From NCBI GenBank assembly GCA_051530055.1, contig CM121343.1, positions 900,389 to 964,388 on the forward strand: DNA of 64,000 nucleotides. The letters run 5' to 3'. Of this stretch, positions 24,434 to 37,948 are shown piece after piece. Made by a program: the position numbers and the translations under genes. The notes under the pieces were generated by a model. That model did no database searches and was not told the DNA's origin. It saw nothing but the letters and a program-made list of their open reading frames with translations. This stretch comes from Neoechinorhynchus agilis (taxonomy: Eukaryota > Animalia > Acanthocephala). The first letter of the stretch is position 1, and every line of letters starts with the position of its first letter.

Positions 24434-26323
24434 ATGGTTCCGAGGCGGAAAAGCGCCGGGAAAATCGAGACGCTTATTGGTTCGTATTGGGTTTTGCTTA
24501 CTCGTGTGATAAGAGTATACAGATTCGTGCACCAGTGCATCCAATGTCATTATTGATCCAGACGATTTACAGGAGTTGTGCAGAATGATCGATGAAGCCA
24601 ATGATGGGAGATGTTCCTTCTTACAGAAGATAATTTTAAAGGTTCAAGGACCACGAGAACCACAGGAAGCGATTTTAGCATTAGAGGTTGGAATGTCCAG
24701 CTATTTTTTTTGATTGAGACTCTAATCTCTGCTAGCCGGTATATCTAGGTCTTGCGATATTGCGCTCGACACTGTGAGCGTGCATTTCAAACAGAAATTG
24801 GAAGATTTCGATTCCTAAATGAAATTATCAAACTTTTTCTGCCAAAGGTACAATACATATACTCGTCATGATCATAAGTCTATTTTTCGTCATCTCAGTA
24901 CCTCGGGGAGTTCACCGATCGTAAAATCAAAGTGAAAGCCGCTCAATTGTTGTATTCTTGGACTAAAGAGATACCATGTCAACCGAAGATTGCTGAGGCT
25001 TATCGGCTGCTTGTACGGAACAAATTCATCACCAGCGATGAGATTATTGACAGAACGACAGCAACGGCTTCAGGGACATCATCTACCCAGTCACAGCGTG
25101 CATCGATTTTCGAGGACGAGGCAAGAATTAAGGTAGTTGAAACTTTACACCGTTCATATTCTATTCAAGAGTTTTCAGCTACTTCGAAGTTTGTTAAGAT
25201 CAAGAAATAAAGACGATGTTATAAAAGCCAATATGCTCATTAAGAAAATGGCAAAGGAGGTTTGTATTCGCTGACGAATTCTGTACAATCAGCAGCCATT
25301 TAAAGTTCTCATCTCTTTGCTAGTTTGTCGATTATTTGGTCTGCTTTTTAGGACGAGATTTTACTTGAGAAGAGATCAAATCGAAAAATGGTTTTACAGA
25401 CCATTCGGACGAATGCGAACGTTTTAGCTGAGATATTGGATAATCTCGATGCTACCAGTAATCCGTCGTCCGAGGCGATGATTACGATTAATTTGTTACA
25501 CGATCAAATGCTAAAGCATCAGACGGAACTGACTTCAATGATAAACACGATTCAAACGTTTGAGACCGATGATTTGGCAGAAGCGATCGATACAAATGAG
25601 TTCGTACTTCGCGTAATTCAGCGTTACAAAAAGATTATGCAGCCAAATGAGTTAGAGAATGTGTCAAACGACGTAAATGAACTGATTGATCTAAACCACA
25701 CTTTGTTTTCATCGGCTCCACAAAGTTTGCTGCTGATTGAGGAGACTGAATATCCAAAAAATGCTCAGAGTACAGTTGACTTATTGGGACATGAAATGGA
25801 TAACTTAGCACTCACCGAAAGATACTCCGTTACTGAACATGAAAAGAGTTTGGACGATGTGAAAGAGAAGTTTGATGACATTTTTGAATTATTTTCAGAA
25901 AGTACAGTACTCAATGTTATAAGTACTGAAGAGTCGTGCGACGAAAAAACTCATGGGGAGATGTTGTTTGAAAGAGATGGCCTTGTTATCAAAGTGATTA
26001 TAAATAGAGATCGACTGTTGAAATGTATTAATTTAGTAATCCACATTTCGAACAGTGGCACATCTGATATCGATCGATTGAGTATAACTGTTAAAGAACC
26101 CGAGGTAAGGGAAAACTGTCATTTAGTCTTCTATCGAAATTTGTATTAGAAGGAAATTGTGGATCAAATTCACCTTTCACAATACGAGACATTTGAAAAT
26201 GTAGTCACGATTTCTTCTATTCAAGATTACACAAACACAAAGTTCAAGATAAAGTACTTTGTTAATGGAGATGAGATCTCAGATGTGCGCTCGGTGAATG
26301 TAACACCTCCGTGCAATCGATAA
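24434..26323 (+). CDS. GGA: GGA clathrin adaptor (VHS-GAT-hinge-GAE), ~7 exons
   Basis: VHS: EIGRFRFLNEIIKLFLPK|YLG..KIKVKAAQLLYSWTKEIP..PKIAEAY. GAT: LLRSRNKDDVIKANMLIKKM. Terminal ear: KFKIKYFVNG. Introns are GT-AG. Confidence 0.9.
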
Positions 26324-26529
26324 ATAATTCCATGAATTTTCGGTTGCTAGTTAAAAAGAACCAAATCATGTGAAATTCTACTCGATCTTCCAGCCGTACA
26401 TGATTAAACTTTGCTTTCGAAAACGGGCATTTCAGAGGGCTGTTGTAATGATAAAAAGAGAAATATTTATTTCTGAGCACTTTCGTCGTTTTACGGCGGT
26501 TAGGGTATAAAATTAGAGATTTAGGCAAT

Positions 26530-27005
26530 GTAACGGAGAGAATTATTTAGAAGTCTTCACCCGATACATAATTTTTTATTTAAAACGTTTTGCGGCATCA
26601 ATTTTAAAATAAAAGTTATGAACTAGTTATTGATGATGAACGCGACGATGTTCACAGAACGTCTTTAATAAACTCTTTACCGGGTAAAGACTTTAAATAA
26701 TTCTCTAATCACCACATATCGACAATGCGATGGACTAGACAAAGCTCTAGTATTGCTCTACAAACGGTACGAACTTTCTACACTTCAATGTCGCTACTCT
26801 AACCTAAATTTCACATTAGAATTATTGTTTAGAAGTCTACACACGCAAAGACGTTTCGAACCTCGTCGGGTTCATCATCAGTTCTAAAATACAAGTGGAT
26901 GAGATGACGAGGTTCGCAGAACGTCTTTAATCGAAATAATCATTTACCCCGGGTGTAGACTTCTAAACAATCATTCTAATCACACTCCCACCTCACATAT
27001 CGACA
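26530..27005. repeat. Four alternating (-,+,-,+) partial copies of a Penelope pLTR-like unit carrying a hammerhead motif
   Basis: The unit TGATGATGAAC..GACGA.GTTC..AACGTCTTT...AGACTT.TAAA.AA is seen at ~26630 (+), ~26890-26820 (-) and ~26900 (+), and in degenerate form at ~26600-26535 (-). Confidence 0.65.
26847..26884 (-). ncRNA. Minimal type I hammerhead ribozyme motif
   Basis: GAA-CUGAUGA-U-GAACC-CGACGA-GGUUC-GAA-ACGU-C-UUU: 5-bp stem II, palindromic ACGU stem III, GUC triplet, short 3-bp stem I. Confidence 0.65.
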
Positions 27006-28909
27006 TTTTTAAATTTCACATCTCCACACTCCGTTTGGTAGATTCGTGAGCTTAGGCTGTAAGACATCGAAAGTGCCCGTTTTCGAAACTAAACTTGATA
27101 AAATAAAAGTAGCGCTTAGTTTTATGAAGTCCTAAGGAAAAATACGTATCTGGGTTGATAAATTATTAAGACCAATGCAATCTTTTGGAGTAAGATGAAC
27201 CTTTTAATAATGACAGGTTTATTTGTCAATAATATCGAGATGATAAATTTTTACTTGTGTAGTGAATATACTCACCCGGTTAAAAATCATTTTATAGTTA
27301 GGAAACCTCGCCTTATAAATCGTTGTTAACATCACTAAGTAAAAATATTATATTTAGTAATGCAAAAGGAATAGGACCCATGTACCTTTGGGATTGCTGA
27401 AGGCTTAATTTCAATATTTCATCAAAACGAACAAGACTATGAAATCTACGCTTTTTGATCATTGTCTTACACTTTCCATTGTTCGCTTCTCAGTCTTAAA
27501 TGCAGACTTATGATATAGTTTCGTTAAATGAACACCAACTCGTCAATTCCCTTTATTGATATCTTCATTAAAGGTAAGATGTCCTTGAACGTTTTCACCC
27601 GTTCATTTATGTGTCATTGCAGACAAGGAGAAATCGATTTGTCGTCAAGAGACGTATGGAACATGTATTTATATTTCAGGTATCATGCAATGCGAACCAT
27701 AGAAATTTAAGAGAATTCTTAGTATAAAAAAGGTTGGCAATACATCTTCTTAAATGTTTTTAGGCGAAATAAAGAAAAATGATCCTCGGCGTGTTATTAC
27801 TTCACAATCGCAAAACTCTCTGTCAATTTCAACCAATTCTAATGAAGTCTCACGCGTAAAGGACGAAATATTAATCGAATTAAATCGATAACATCTTTAC
27901 AACTTGTTAAATGTCTCGGATTTTGAGCCGTATTAAAATTAAATTTACAAAGCAAGGTCTGCGACGAGGAAAATTGATGCGGTGCTCAGTTTTGGTTGTT
28001 TATTTTTGGATTACGGAAACCGACGAGCGAACTGAGTGCTGAACATCGCCTCAATGTAATGTTGCTTGATTCAAGTTGGGCTTTGGAGATCTTCATTATC
28101 ACATTTGGACAACTTTTGTTTAAGACTTCTTAATTTGTACCGATGGGAACGGCGAAACATCTTTATGACGTAGAAATTAAAAGAATTTATTAAATTCGAT
28201 ATTTCGGGCCTTTATCAAGGTTTCTCTATTAACGGGATGGTAAACATTGAATGGTGATGGGAATCTTTCGTCGAAATTCTGCGTTTAAAAAAGTTTCCAC
28301 TTTTCATCGGTGTTTCTTCCGTGTCAAGGTAGTGACGCAGCGTCACGCGTGAAAGCTGGTAAGTTGAACTTATGGGGCGGCGTCAGTGGACGGATGACGC
28401 GCTTTGTTCCGGTGATGACGTTTTCCTCCCTATTTGGAAAGCTCTCTAGAACAGACGCGCGCGCTGCATGTATTCCCGTCAGCCTCACACTGTTTCCAGC
28501 GACGACGACGACGACGTGTACATTTATGGCATCACGACCGCCGCCTGCTGCGACGCAACCTGCGTGTGTAGCGCAGCGACTGCTCTCCTCCGTACAAGTG
28601 CTTGTGTTTTTGTGTGGGTGGGTTCGTCCGAGTTCAAGGTTGCCAGTTCGACACCCTGTAGTGTGGCGGCGGCGGCGAAAAGACACCGATCGTTACCCCA
28701 GAGCGTTATTTTCTTAGATGTCGATCAATGGGTGGATGGGGCGCGTGCTGCTGAACTAGTGACCGGCTGTCTTGGAAATCAAGTAGAAATCACTCATACA
28801 TTGCCATACCTCATTTATTTGATCGGTACTTGTTCTTCTCAATGATCCGGGTGGTCAGTCTCGTCGATTGAGAAGGACATGAAGAAAGTAATCCACTTTA
28901 TAAGCGCAC

Positions 28910-31261
28910 ATGGCCAATTATTTCCCCGGTTACACGAAACGTTCTAAACTGATGAACGACCGGAATTCAAAGGACAATTTACCCCGTGTTTCATCATTAG
29001 GAATGCCGCCTCCCATCAAAATGTCCTCGTCGACAATACACAGCCAGGAGTACAATAATTATCTGTACCAAACGAGTGCAAAAATAACCCTACCAACAAT
29101 AGAATCGGTGTGTTGTGGTGGTGGTGGTGGTGGTGGTGAAAACAACTTGGCTCTAATTACTCACAAGAACAACAACAACAATCAACCCGGTAACGTAATA
29201 CTATCATCGTCTTGCCTTGTCGCTAATATGCGCCGCGAAAACCGTAATTTGGGCCGGGGAATAAGCTGTGGCTACAGCAATAATGACAGCAGTGGATGCA
29301 GCAGTAGTGCAAGTGCAGCTAGCGTCGGTGGCGGCGTTGGCAGTGATTTGACTCTGATGAGGTCGTCGTATGAACCTTGTGGACAGACGTCTTTCGCCGG
29401 GATTTCACTTCAGTCGTCAACTTCGTTCGATTCACGGCGTGATGATCAATATGAACAAAGCAATGTCAATCAAATTCCAACCACACTCACAATTGTGTAT
29501 CGAAATGATAGCGACTCAACTTGCAGTTCAGAGGGCAAGGACTACTCAAGCAATAGACCTTTGGGCAAGAGAATGGAGAGAACAACACAGTCCCCAAAGC
29601 CAGTGATTACCGAAAAGCAAGCTAAAGGGAGAATCGAACGCGAATTAGATTTAATCGGGTTGAAACCCTTAAGAACAAATTTCGCCAAATACTACAGGAA
29701 AGGATCTTTCATACGAGCGGGTGGATTCTCCGACATCTTCCATGGCCGAAGATATTCAAACAACGAAGAAGTCATTCTGAAATTCATCCCTAAGTACAGA
29801 ACGAGAAATTGGCTATCTATCAATGGGGTCAGTTATCCCACAGAACTTGCTCTTCATAAGATAGCGTCTACCGTAAAAGGTGAGATCCAGCTTATACACG
29901 GGTTCTGAGATTTGAGTCATTACTTTTCAGCTTTATCCCAAAATATGAAAATCATCTCACAAATGCGTTGAGCTCATATTGATGAGCACTTTGAGCTGCT
30001 CTGTGATTAAAAAAATTGAACTCCGCACATTCCGTCAAATCTTGTTCTTCGATTTCCAAAATACTTTGCTCGAGCTATCAACAAAATCTCAGCTACCTCT
30101 ACACTAATGCTACGTTTGTAAAGTCAATTTTTTACGACACAAAAAAAAGTAACTTTAAATTAGAATGTAACCATTTTATGGTCATTAAAAACTACACCTT
30201 GTTAATTTGCTTAATAATCCACCCACGAATCAAGAATCTTCGATTTGTGAACCCTGAGGTTTGACTGTCGACTTTGTCGTTGAGTTTTGCTAGTAATTTT
30301 GTTTGATTTTTAGAACTGAGTTTACTAAATTTCAATGTTTATAAGTCGTTGGCGCGTGTTCTTTTTTTTAATTCCAAACCCTTCCTTGTTCGCAGGTGTC
30401 ATTGGATTTCACGATTATTTTCAGGAACCAATGTCATGGGTAATAGTTATTGAACATCTCCCCAAATGTCTCGACCTTTTCGACTATATGGAGCGGGTTC
30501 ATCGCGGTCGATTGTGTGAAGATACTGCTCGTTATTTCTTTAAACAACTCGTCCGAATAAACCACAGACTGATTCGAATGGGCATCGTTCACCGGGATAT
30601 AAAAAGTGAAAATGTTCTTGTCAATCTGGAGAATAATAAATTGGTATTGATTGATTTCGGCGCTAGTGCAATCCTCAAGAGTTGCGCTTACGTTGACTTT
30701 CATGGCACCAGACAATTTAAGCCACCGGAATACGTCAAGACTGGCAGATACTACGCTGAATCAAGCACTGTTTGGGCTCTTGGGGTTCTCTTGTATGATA
30801 TGGTTGTCGGTAAGCTACCTTATGAGAATGAAGTAGAAATCATCAATAATGAACTCGATTTGAAATGTCCGCTGTCCGCAGGTTTACGCGATCTGCTCAA
30901 ATCATGCCTCAATAGCAAACCCGAACGAAGACCCACGCTTCGAGGAATTCTATCCAGTAGCTGGTTGCAGTGTATCACTGAGACGAATCATCAAATCAAT
31001 AACGCCGCAGCGGATATTTCTCTGTCAATAAACGATAATGCAACTACAAGCTCCGTTGTTTTTAATTCAAATAGAAAGAATGGAAATGTGGCAGTCTACA
31101 ATCAAGGTCAAGTTGCTGGTATCTACCATATACCAGATCTCGCGATTGGTCAAATCGCCAATGGGTTCAATCATCATCATCAGCAGCAGCAGCAACAACA
31201 AACAAGACAAACGCATGTGCAGGATGAAGATAAATCATTTCGGCATCAAGTTGAACCGTAA
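28910..31261 (+). CDS. PIM: Pim-family Ser/Thr kinase with a long low-complexity N-terminus; intron 29880-30395
   Basis: IRAGGFSDIF, VILKFIPK, P.E..L, Pim-type hinge IEHLPKCLDLFDYM, HRDIKSENVLVNL, LIDFGASA, FHGTRQFKPPEY, VWALGVLLYDMVVGKLPY. Phase-1 GT-AG intron. Confidence 0.9.
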
Positions 31262-32591
31262 TTATATAACTATTAGTTCACACCCACTAGCAATATGTAT
31301 GACATTTAAGATGTGGACGTATTTTGACAAAAAGTGGTTCTATTGCACATGCTAACACTGTCGCTCTGAATTGAGCCGATGGCTGTTCACAGAACTCATT
31401 GACAAAAACAATCACGTTAATAATAATAAATCCTCTTTGTACCCTTCGTCGTCGTCGTCGTCGTTGTTGAACTGCCCTTTAATGGAAGTTTAGCACCGCA
31501 GACTATTATAGGTTAGTTATTTGAAATATCAAAAATTAGCGATCCATCTTTTCGTTGATGATCTTTCAAAGCTCCCAGACTGTGCGGCAAATGATTAATT
31601 TGAATGGAAAAATCCTTATCATAACTTTTAATGGGCGGAAGAGGATTGCATTCAGGTGGAAGGATATGCTGTTATTTAGATAGCTTGTCGACACCTGAGA
31701 GGAGGGATCATTAATGACGACTTCAGGGTTGACAATCCCGGGTTCCCGAGTCAACAATCATTTGGTGTGTGTGTGTTGTGACAAATTCCTCTACAAATTG
31801 TTTTAGATTGAATTGACAATGATTCAATCAGTCGAAATGTATACAGTCTTTTCTTAATCTGTGATATTGAATTTAATGTTCAAACTCAGCCACTTTTTCG
31901 CTGATGTCTTTATGAGTAATCCGATTGCTGTAAGCTGCATTTAAATTGACTACTAGATGATATGGAATATTGATTGCTCATCAGCTTCTTATACAAATGG
32001 TAAACTTGTAGTCTGATTCTAAATTTAGTTTTAATAATGTTCACTGGGCTGAACCGACGCTCATAGTCAACACCCGAAACTTGAGAAGTGCCACAAATAT
32101 CTATCAGAAACGACAGTCCTGTCTTCATTCTTCAAAACTAAGCGCACGACCGATCTGAATTGAAGAAGTTCTAACTTTCTCTGCAATCAGTAATTGGAAT
32201 TCGGCATACTATTTACAGATTTCTGAGAAGGCACATCATCTTTGTCAAATGGCAAATAATATTTTCGGCATCAGTTTTGAAAAATGACCTAAATTAGCGG
32301 AAATCAAATAACAAAGAAGAGAAGCAGTTTTTAATACAATTGTCCTGCCAGATTATAGAAATTTAATAGTGAAATGTAGCCACGGATTGCCATTTGAAAA
32401 ACCTCAACGCAAAACTCGATTGGCGGCTATATAATGAGGATGCTTAATGCAACACCGGAAAAACGTTTGAATTTTATTGCAAGAAGTTCAACATAGCGCG
32501 AAAAACGAAGAATTCAAGAATATATTTGTAATTAAAGTACGGCACTAAGCATTGAAATATAAAACCTTAAACGGACGTTTGATTCCACAAA

Positions 32592-33965
32592 TCAGCAGCA
32601 ATTGATAACAACGATTTGGATATCATCCAACGTAGGTATTTGTACCAATAAAATTTTGCCTGCCATTTCGAGTTCTAAGAGTGAGAAATGAACTCTACAT
32701 TGAGATACTTTCTGTCCCTTGATTAAAACATCACTTAACTTTTCAAGTAAACGAACTAAGCTCGTGCTATTATCCTTCGATATCTCATGGATGGTTTGCC
32801 TAACCTTTTCTCGGAACAAGCTGTTGTTATCGTATTTTGTACAACTGCCTGAATTTTTGGATAGCACTGTTAGCTTCTGAATACTTAGGGAATTTCTAGG
32901 ACTTGTATTCTTGCGAGCATTTTGTACTTTTCTCTCCTTTCGTTCGTTCGGTATCCGTTTGATGACCGTTGTTACAATGAACGGTTTTGACCGTAATTCC
33001 GGTAAACAGTAAGCTTGAAGTTCAAGGCATGGAGGATGTTCCGTAAAGGTGAAGCTTAAAATTACACCGTTGGTTCTAAAGTTTATTCTTTAGAATCAAC
33101 AGTTTGGTTCGTCTGGGATCCATTTTGTTGTAAGCCGTATCTGTGCATGGTCCTTAGATTTTGCCACAATCTTCTTTATTCGGCGAAAAGGGAGTTGGTT
33201 GACTGAACGATCTGCTTTCTTAAAGACTTTTGCAAAATCGAGGCAGATTTTATGCTCTGAGCACTTCAACTTGAGTTCACTTGTGGAAATCGAAAGTAAC
33301 GAACCAACAGTGCGACCGGTAACAGTTGAACACACGAGTAAATTACCCACACCGGAGCCATCATTTAACAGTTTAGACGATTGATGTAGCTTTTGAAGAG
33401 GTTCATTCGCGGGTGTTAAGATTTCAAATTCGTCAAACAAGTGACCAGAATTGAACGACAACAAATCAGGCGAAGAGTCCAGTTGTGCGAAAAATTCCGA
33501 TTTCTCATACTGATCAATTATGTACCTTTTAAAAGGCTCATCGGCCTCCATAAAATGCGTTTTGAACATCACGACCGCCAGTGAGTTGCCACTATGATCA
33601 ATATGAGCACCATTGGAAATAAGTTTACTACTTGTTCCAGGAATCAACGTCCGACGTGGGTCTAAAACACACTTTCTCTTTGCAATTTCTCGGTTCAAAA
33701 CTTTTCGTCGTTTCTTACAACTCATGGCTTCAGCTATAGACAACGCTTGCAAATGAAGCTCATCCATTTTCTTACTGTAAAGAAAACTAGCGATTTCTAA
33801 ACCTAAACCAGCCGTACTAAAATCAAAATCATTGTTTTGCCTCTCAGCGAGTGTAACACAGATTTCATCGATTAAATTTGAAGAGAAGTTCGTTCGTTCG
33901 CTATGGGTCTTACTTTTCTTGAGCCAACACGACAAAGTTGGATCCGACTCCGGACGAATGGACAT
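32592..33965 (-). CDS. Highly divergent alpha-kleisin (Rad21/Rec8 family), 2 exons
   Basis: N-terminal CWL...NLIDEICVTL...FSTAGLGLEIASFLYSKKMDEL aligns with Rad21 IWLAA..[44 protein letters not shown] resembles KRKLIVD..T.L. C-terminal HFSLLELEMAGKILLVQIPTLDDIQI fits the kleisin winged helix. The two ORFs are in the same frame, separated by two stops at ~33090-33098. Confidence 0.68.
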
Positions 33966-34399
33966 GGTGCTATGGCGACATTGACACGTCCCGGTATTCT
34001 GCTTGGAAGCGGAAAACGAGAAGAACGTCCACTTGCTACGTCACAACCGGACTCACGGAATTCAAGGGAAGGGTTCGGAAAGCGATTTTGGTGCGTTCGC
34101 GAAAAACCGAATCAGGTCTTAAGAAATTAATATCGGAGAATATCAGCATATTCAGAGGACAAATGATGCCGATTAGTTACTGTGGTAAAAAAGTTGTTAT
34201 CGTGGATTGTTTTATAATTGCGAAGATAGACATTAATTCTCAATATTTCGTCCGTCTCTACGGACTTCTTCAGTCACTTTTAGATCTGAAGAAGTTCGAC
34301 GAGACGGACGAAATATTGTGTGAAAGGCAATTAATAAATTTTTATAGTTTATTTGAAGTGTTTTTGCACATTACCAGAACCTCCATGTAACAAAAAGCG

Positions 34400-37300
34400 C
34401 TTACAAACTGCTATATGCCTAGCCGTCCTCGCCCTCAATTGTCGCCCGAATGCTTGCAGTGTTGCCTCTCAACACGGCGATGCTGATATTTTGAACCAGG
34501 TATTGACCTTGCATCGCCGGTTGTAACCTGAAGGCGTCGCTTCAGATCCTTCAGAAGTTGAAGAGCCTCGCTACCAAGAGATCCGTAGGTCTCAACCTAA
34601 AAAGGTACAAACACGTGGGTCCGGGCTAAATCGAGGTATATCGCCGTTTTCCGTCTTTCGGCAGTTCTCGCTGCACCTCCAGCTTGAACCACCGAGAACT
34701 TGAGATTGTTGGCCACGAGTTTATCGACACAAATGGCGTCCCAGAAGAGGCATTTGCTCTCCCGCCACGGAAATGCGGCCACCCCATCAGGTCTACGTCC
34801 GTCGTCCCTACAGAGGTTGGCAGGTTCCAAAATATTGGGGGCATTTACCGCGTAACAAGTGCCCGGCTCAGCGCTATGTTAATTTCGGCATGTATCTGTC
34901 GGCTGAATTTCTACAGATGAGACCATGACGTCCCGATGAATCCATATTTGTGTCGCAGCTGCAACGGTGGGGTCGACACATCGGTAGTCCTCGTCTCATT
35001 GAAACTCCGACCCGTACTGCCTCGTCGGAGAGGAGAGTACCCACAGGTGCCATCGGGACCGCGTTCAACCAATCACCTGATTCTCTACTGGAGATTGCCA
35101 ACAACCTGGCACGGGCAACGTCGACGCTTGAGTCTGATAAGAGAGAGCTTTGAACGCTTGCGACGAGAGGTCGATCCAACACAGATTGCTATTGGCCATT
35201 CGCAGGTACACCACTCACTGATTCCCTCTTCAAAATGCCTATCAAAATGATAAGTAGATTCCAAAATGCGCTAAACTGTTTTTCCCTCGTGGGAGCCTAA
35301 AAATGCGGGCAGGGATATGTCTGCTGTTTTCCGGATGCCCAACCCGCCAGAAGATACAGGCAAGGATGCTCGTCGCCATGCCTCTTCTGTCAGCTGGACA
35401 TTTAAAACTTGCTCGAGACAGTCCTTCAATCTGTCATCTCGCTTGCCACGCTGAACCTTGTGATTGAAAAACGGGGCAGTGCGTAGAGCACAAAGGAACT
35501 TGGGAATGAAGAGGGTATTCTTTATCAAGAACAGAACCTCGTGTGATCCAAGCTCACAGACCCTATCGCAAAGCACCGATAATTTCTTTAGAAGGCTGTT
35601 AATTTCGTTTTCTGCATTCCCATCAAATGCGCAACTGCCCAAAAGCTTAGGCCGGTCAAGGTCAATCATTTCTATCCCGGGTGTAACATTTTCAAAGTCG
35701 CGATTTATTACGTCTTTTGCAGGACCCTTCTTTATATTACAGAATAGAATTTCGCATTTTTCTGTGCTCAATTCAATGCCTAGGTTACTTGCCTCTATCT
35801 TGATTTTCTCCAGGTCACGAACTACCTGGGGATCGCCTCCCAGCGTAACATCGTCCAGGAATCAGGCATTGAATTCGGCATCAAGAGAGTGCGCTAATTC
35901 GTTCACTGTGAGCGCGAAACCAATGGGACCTAATGGGTCTCCCGGTTGAACGCCTCTTTCGGAAGGAATGATGTGATCGTTGAATACAAGAGGGGTCGCA
36001 GCTCCGTACGAATTTCTAAAATACCCGTAAGCCTCCGGTGCGTGATCTCTGACAGCTTTTAAGAGCGAGTCGCGATTAACGGAATTGAAGGCGTTCCGGA
36101 AATCTAATTTCAGGATCAAGCACGGTTTGGCGTTCTCAATAACAAATGTACGGAGTGCGCGGGCTATGGCTTCCGCCCCGCAAGGTATGCAGCAACCTAG
36201 TTGAACTGGACGAAGAATTTCAGTAACACCTTCTGACACTCGCCTAGAAATCACTTTCCCTGCTAGTCGCCTCAATGTAGAGCCAATCGCGATGGGACGA
36301 ATCCCACCGTCCTTCTTTTCTAAAGCGCAAAAAATTCGATTGCTTTGGGGGACAGGTTGTCTCTAGAGAAAACGCCGACTAACCGAGTCAAGGTGTTCAG
36401 GAGAACATGGGATGGATCACCTACGGAGAAGGACATCATGTCCTGTAGGTGCCGAGGCCGAAGCCCGTCGAGCCCATGTGCTGACCCATTTGCGAACGAA
36501 GAAACGGCTGTCTTAACAACATCAACCGAAAATTCTAACGGGTGCACGAGGGGATCATCTCCGAATATTATAGATGACCAGAGGGTCGAGGATGTTTCTC
36601 TGAGAAGTTTGAGAGTTTTCGTATCATCTCTTGCGAATTCGTTGGTGGATGATAGAATGCGAACCGCACCTCTCACATCACCATCGGCGAGTTTAGAAGA
36701 CAGTCTCTGGATCATTGAACGGGTTGAAACTCGGCTCGGATTCGATGGCTTTGAGAAATCTCCCCTAAAACGCAAGCTTTGCGTATAACCTCTCCAAACG
36801 AGTTGTCGAAGGAGGACAACCGTTTTTGGATGAGGGTGACAAGGGACACGTCAGATGGAACTCCAGCACACCAGTCTCGGGAATGCGAAAAGGCGTGTCC
36901 AAGATATCTCGGTATTTGTCTCGAGACAGTCGCTCAGCAGGGCTGAATACCTCCTCGCTACATGAAATCGAGCGCCCTTTGGGATGCGCTTCAGGATGTT
37001 TCTGGGCAGCGCACGATCTCCAACAACGAAGGGGTGCAATGGACGATGTTTTGGATGTTCTGACGAGGTTAATTGAGTTGAGGAGCAGAGCTTGCCAGCG
37101 GAAGGCCGGAACCAACACATTGGGAATCCCTTGGGCCGTGAGTCCAAAATTCTCCCCTTTCGTAATTTTGATCTGCTTGTCACAAACCGGGCACGGATAT
37201 CGGACAGCGTTGGCCTCACCTCCCAGAGTACTTGAAATTTCCGTTTGCCGCTTGCTCTCTACAGGTTGTTCGGATCGACAATTTCATTTAGAAATTTTTT
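34400..37300 (-). mobile_element. Near full-length, frameshifted CRE-clade non-LTR retrotransposon
   Basis: 5' Zn-finger-like YPCPVCDKQI..HGP; RT motifs KDGGIRPIA, LKLDFRNAFNSV, ERGVQPGDPLGP, LDDVTL, GGLGIR; then SGDWLNAVP..GTLLSD, PHRCSC, and REL RPDG..FPW..KCLFWDA..D. Confidence 0.9.
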
Positions 37301-37948
37301 ATAGTTTTACTGTAGGATTGAAGGAAGTACACAACCTCGGTATAATTCGAGCTTAATGATTTCAATGTTTTAAACGGCTAGGATTTATTCTTTACCAAAA
37401 CAATAAATGATCAAATTTGGCCTTTTTAATAGGCGCCGAGAGGAAGATTATGGATATTTTTACCTTTACAATAGCATTCGAGAGTGCAGATGACTCATTT
37501 AGTAGTTAAATGTTGTGAAGTGCTAGTTTACGCTTATGAGCTTTAAACTAAAAGTTTGAGATTTGTACATAATACTCATTAAAACGGGCACAAAAGGATT
37601 AGCAATGTATCAAATGAGATCATTTGACCGTTATTTATCGCTGATACTAAAAGTGCTTTATTGAACGAGGCAATCTAATTTCGCATTTGATGAAGGAATT
37701 ATTGAAATTCTTGGATCAAATAAAAAATTGATTTGTATGTCGATCAGAATGTGGGTTGTTCCCATTACCTTTGATGAAATCCGAACTGCTTCGAGAAAAG
37801 TGTTTTCAATGGACATACTCTGAGAATAAAACGACGAACGAAACTATTCTCCATTGATTATTTTCATTTGGGCACACAGTTCACCGATATAGTTCAGGGA
37901 AGTGATTGAATCACTCAATATCCTTTTGTACGCATCCCCGTCCGGATT

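Noticed and set aside
28310-28845. Overlapping GC-rich ORFs upstream of Pim
   Set aside because: These are low-complexity triplet runs open in several frames; more likely promoter or 5' UTR.
33938-34390. 150-aa + strand ORF (and its duplicate at 13658-13987) as a gene
   Set aside because: It starts at TTG, overlaps the kleisin start antisense, runs through a long DNA palindrome and has no recognisable motif.
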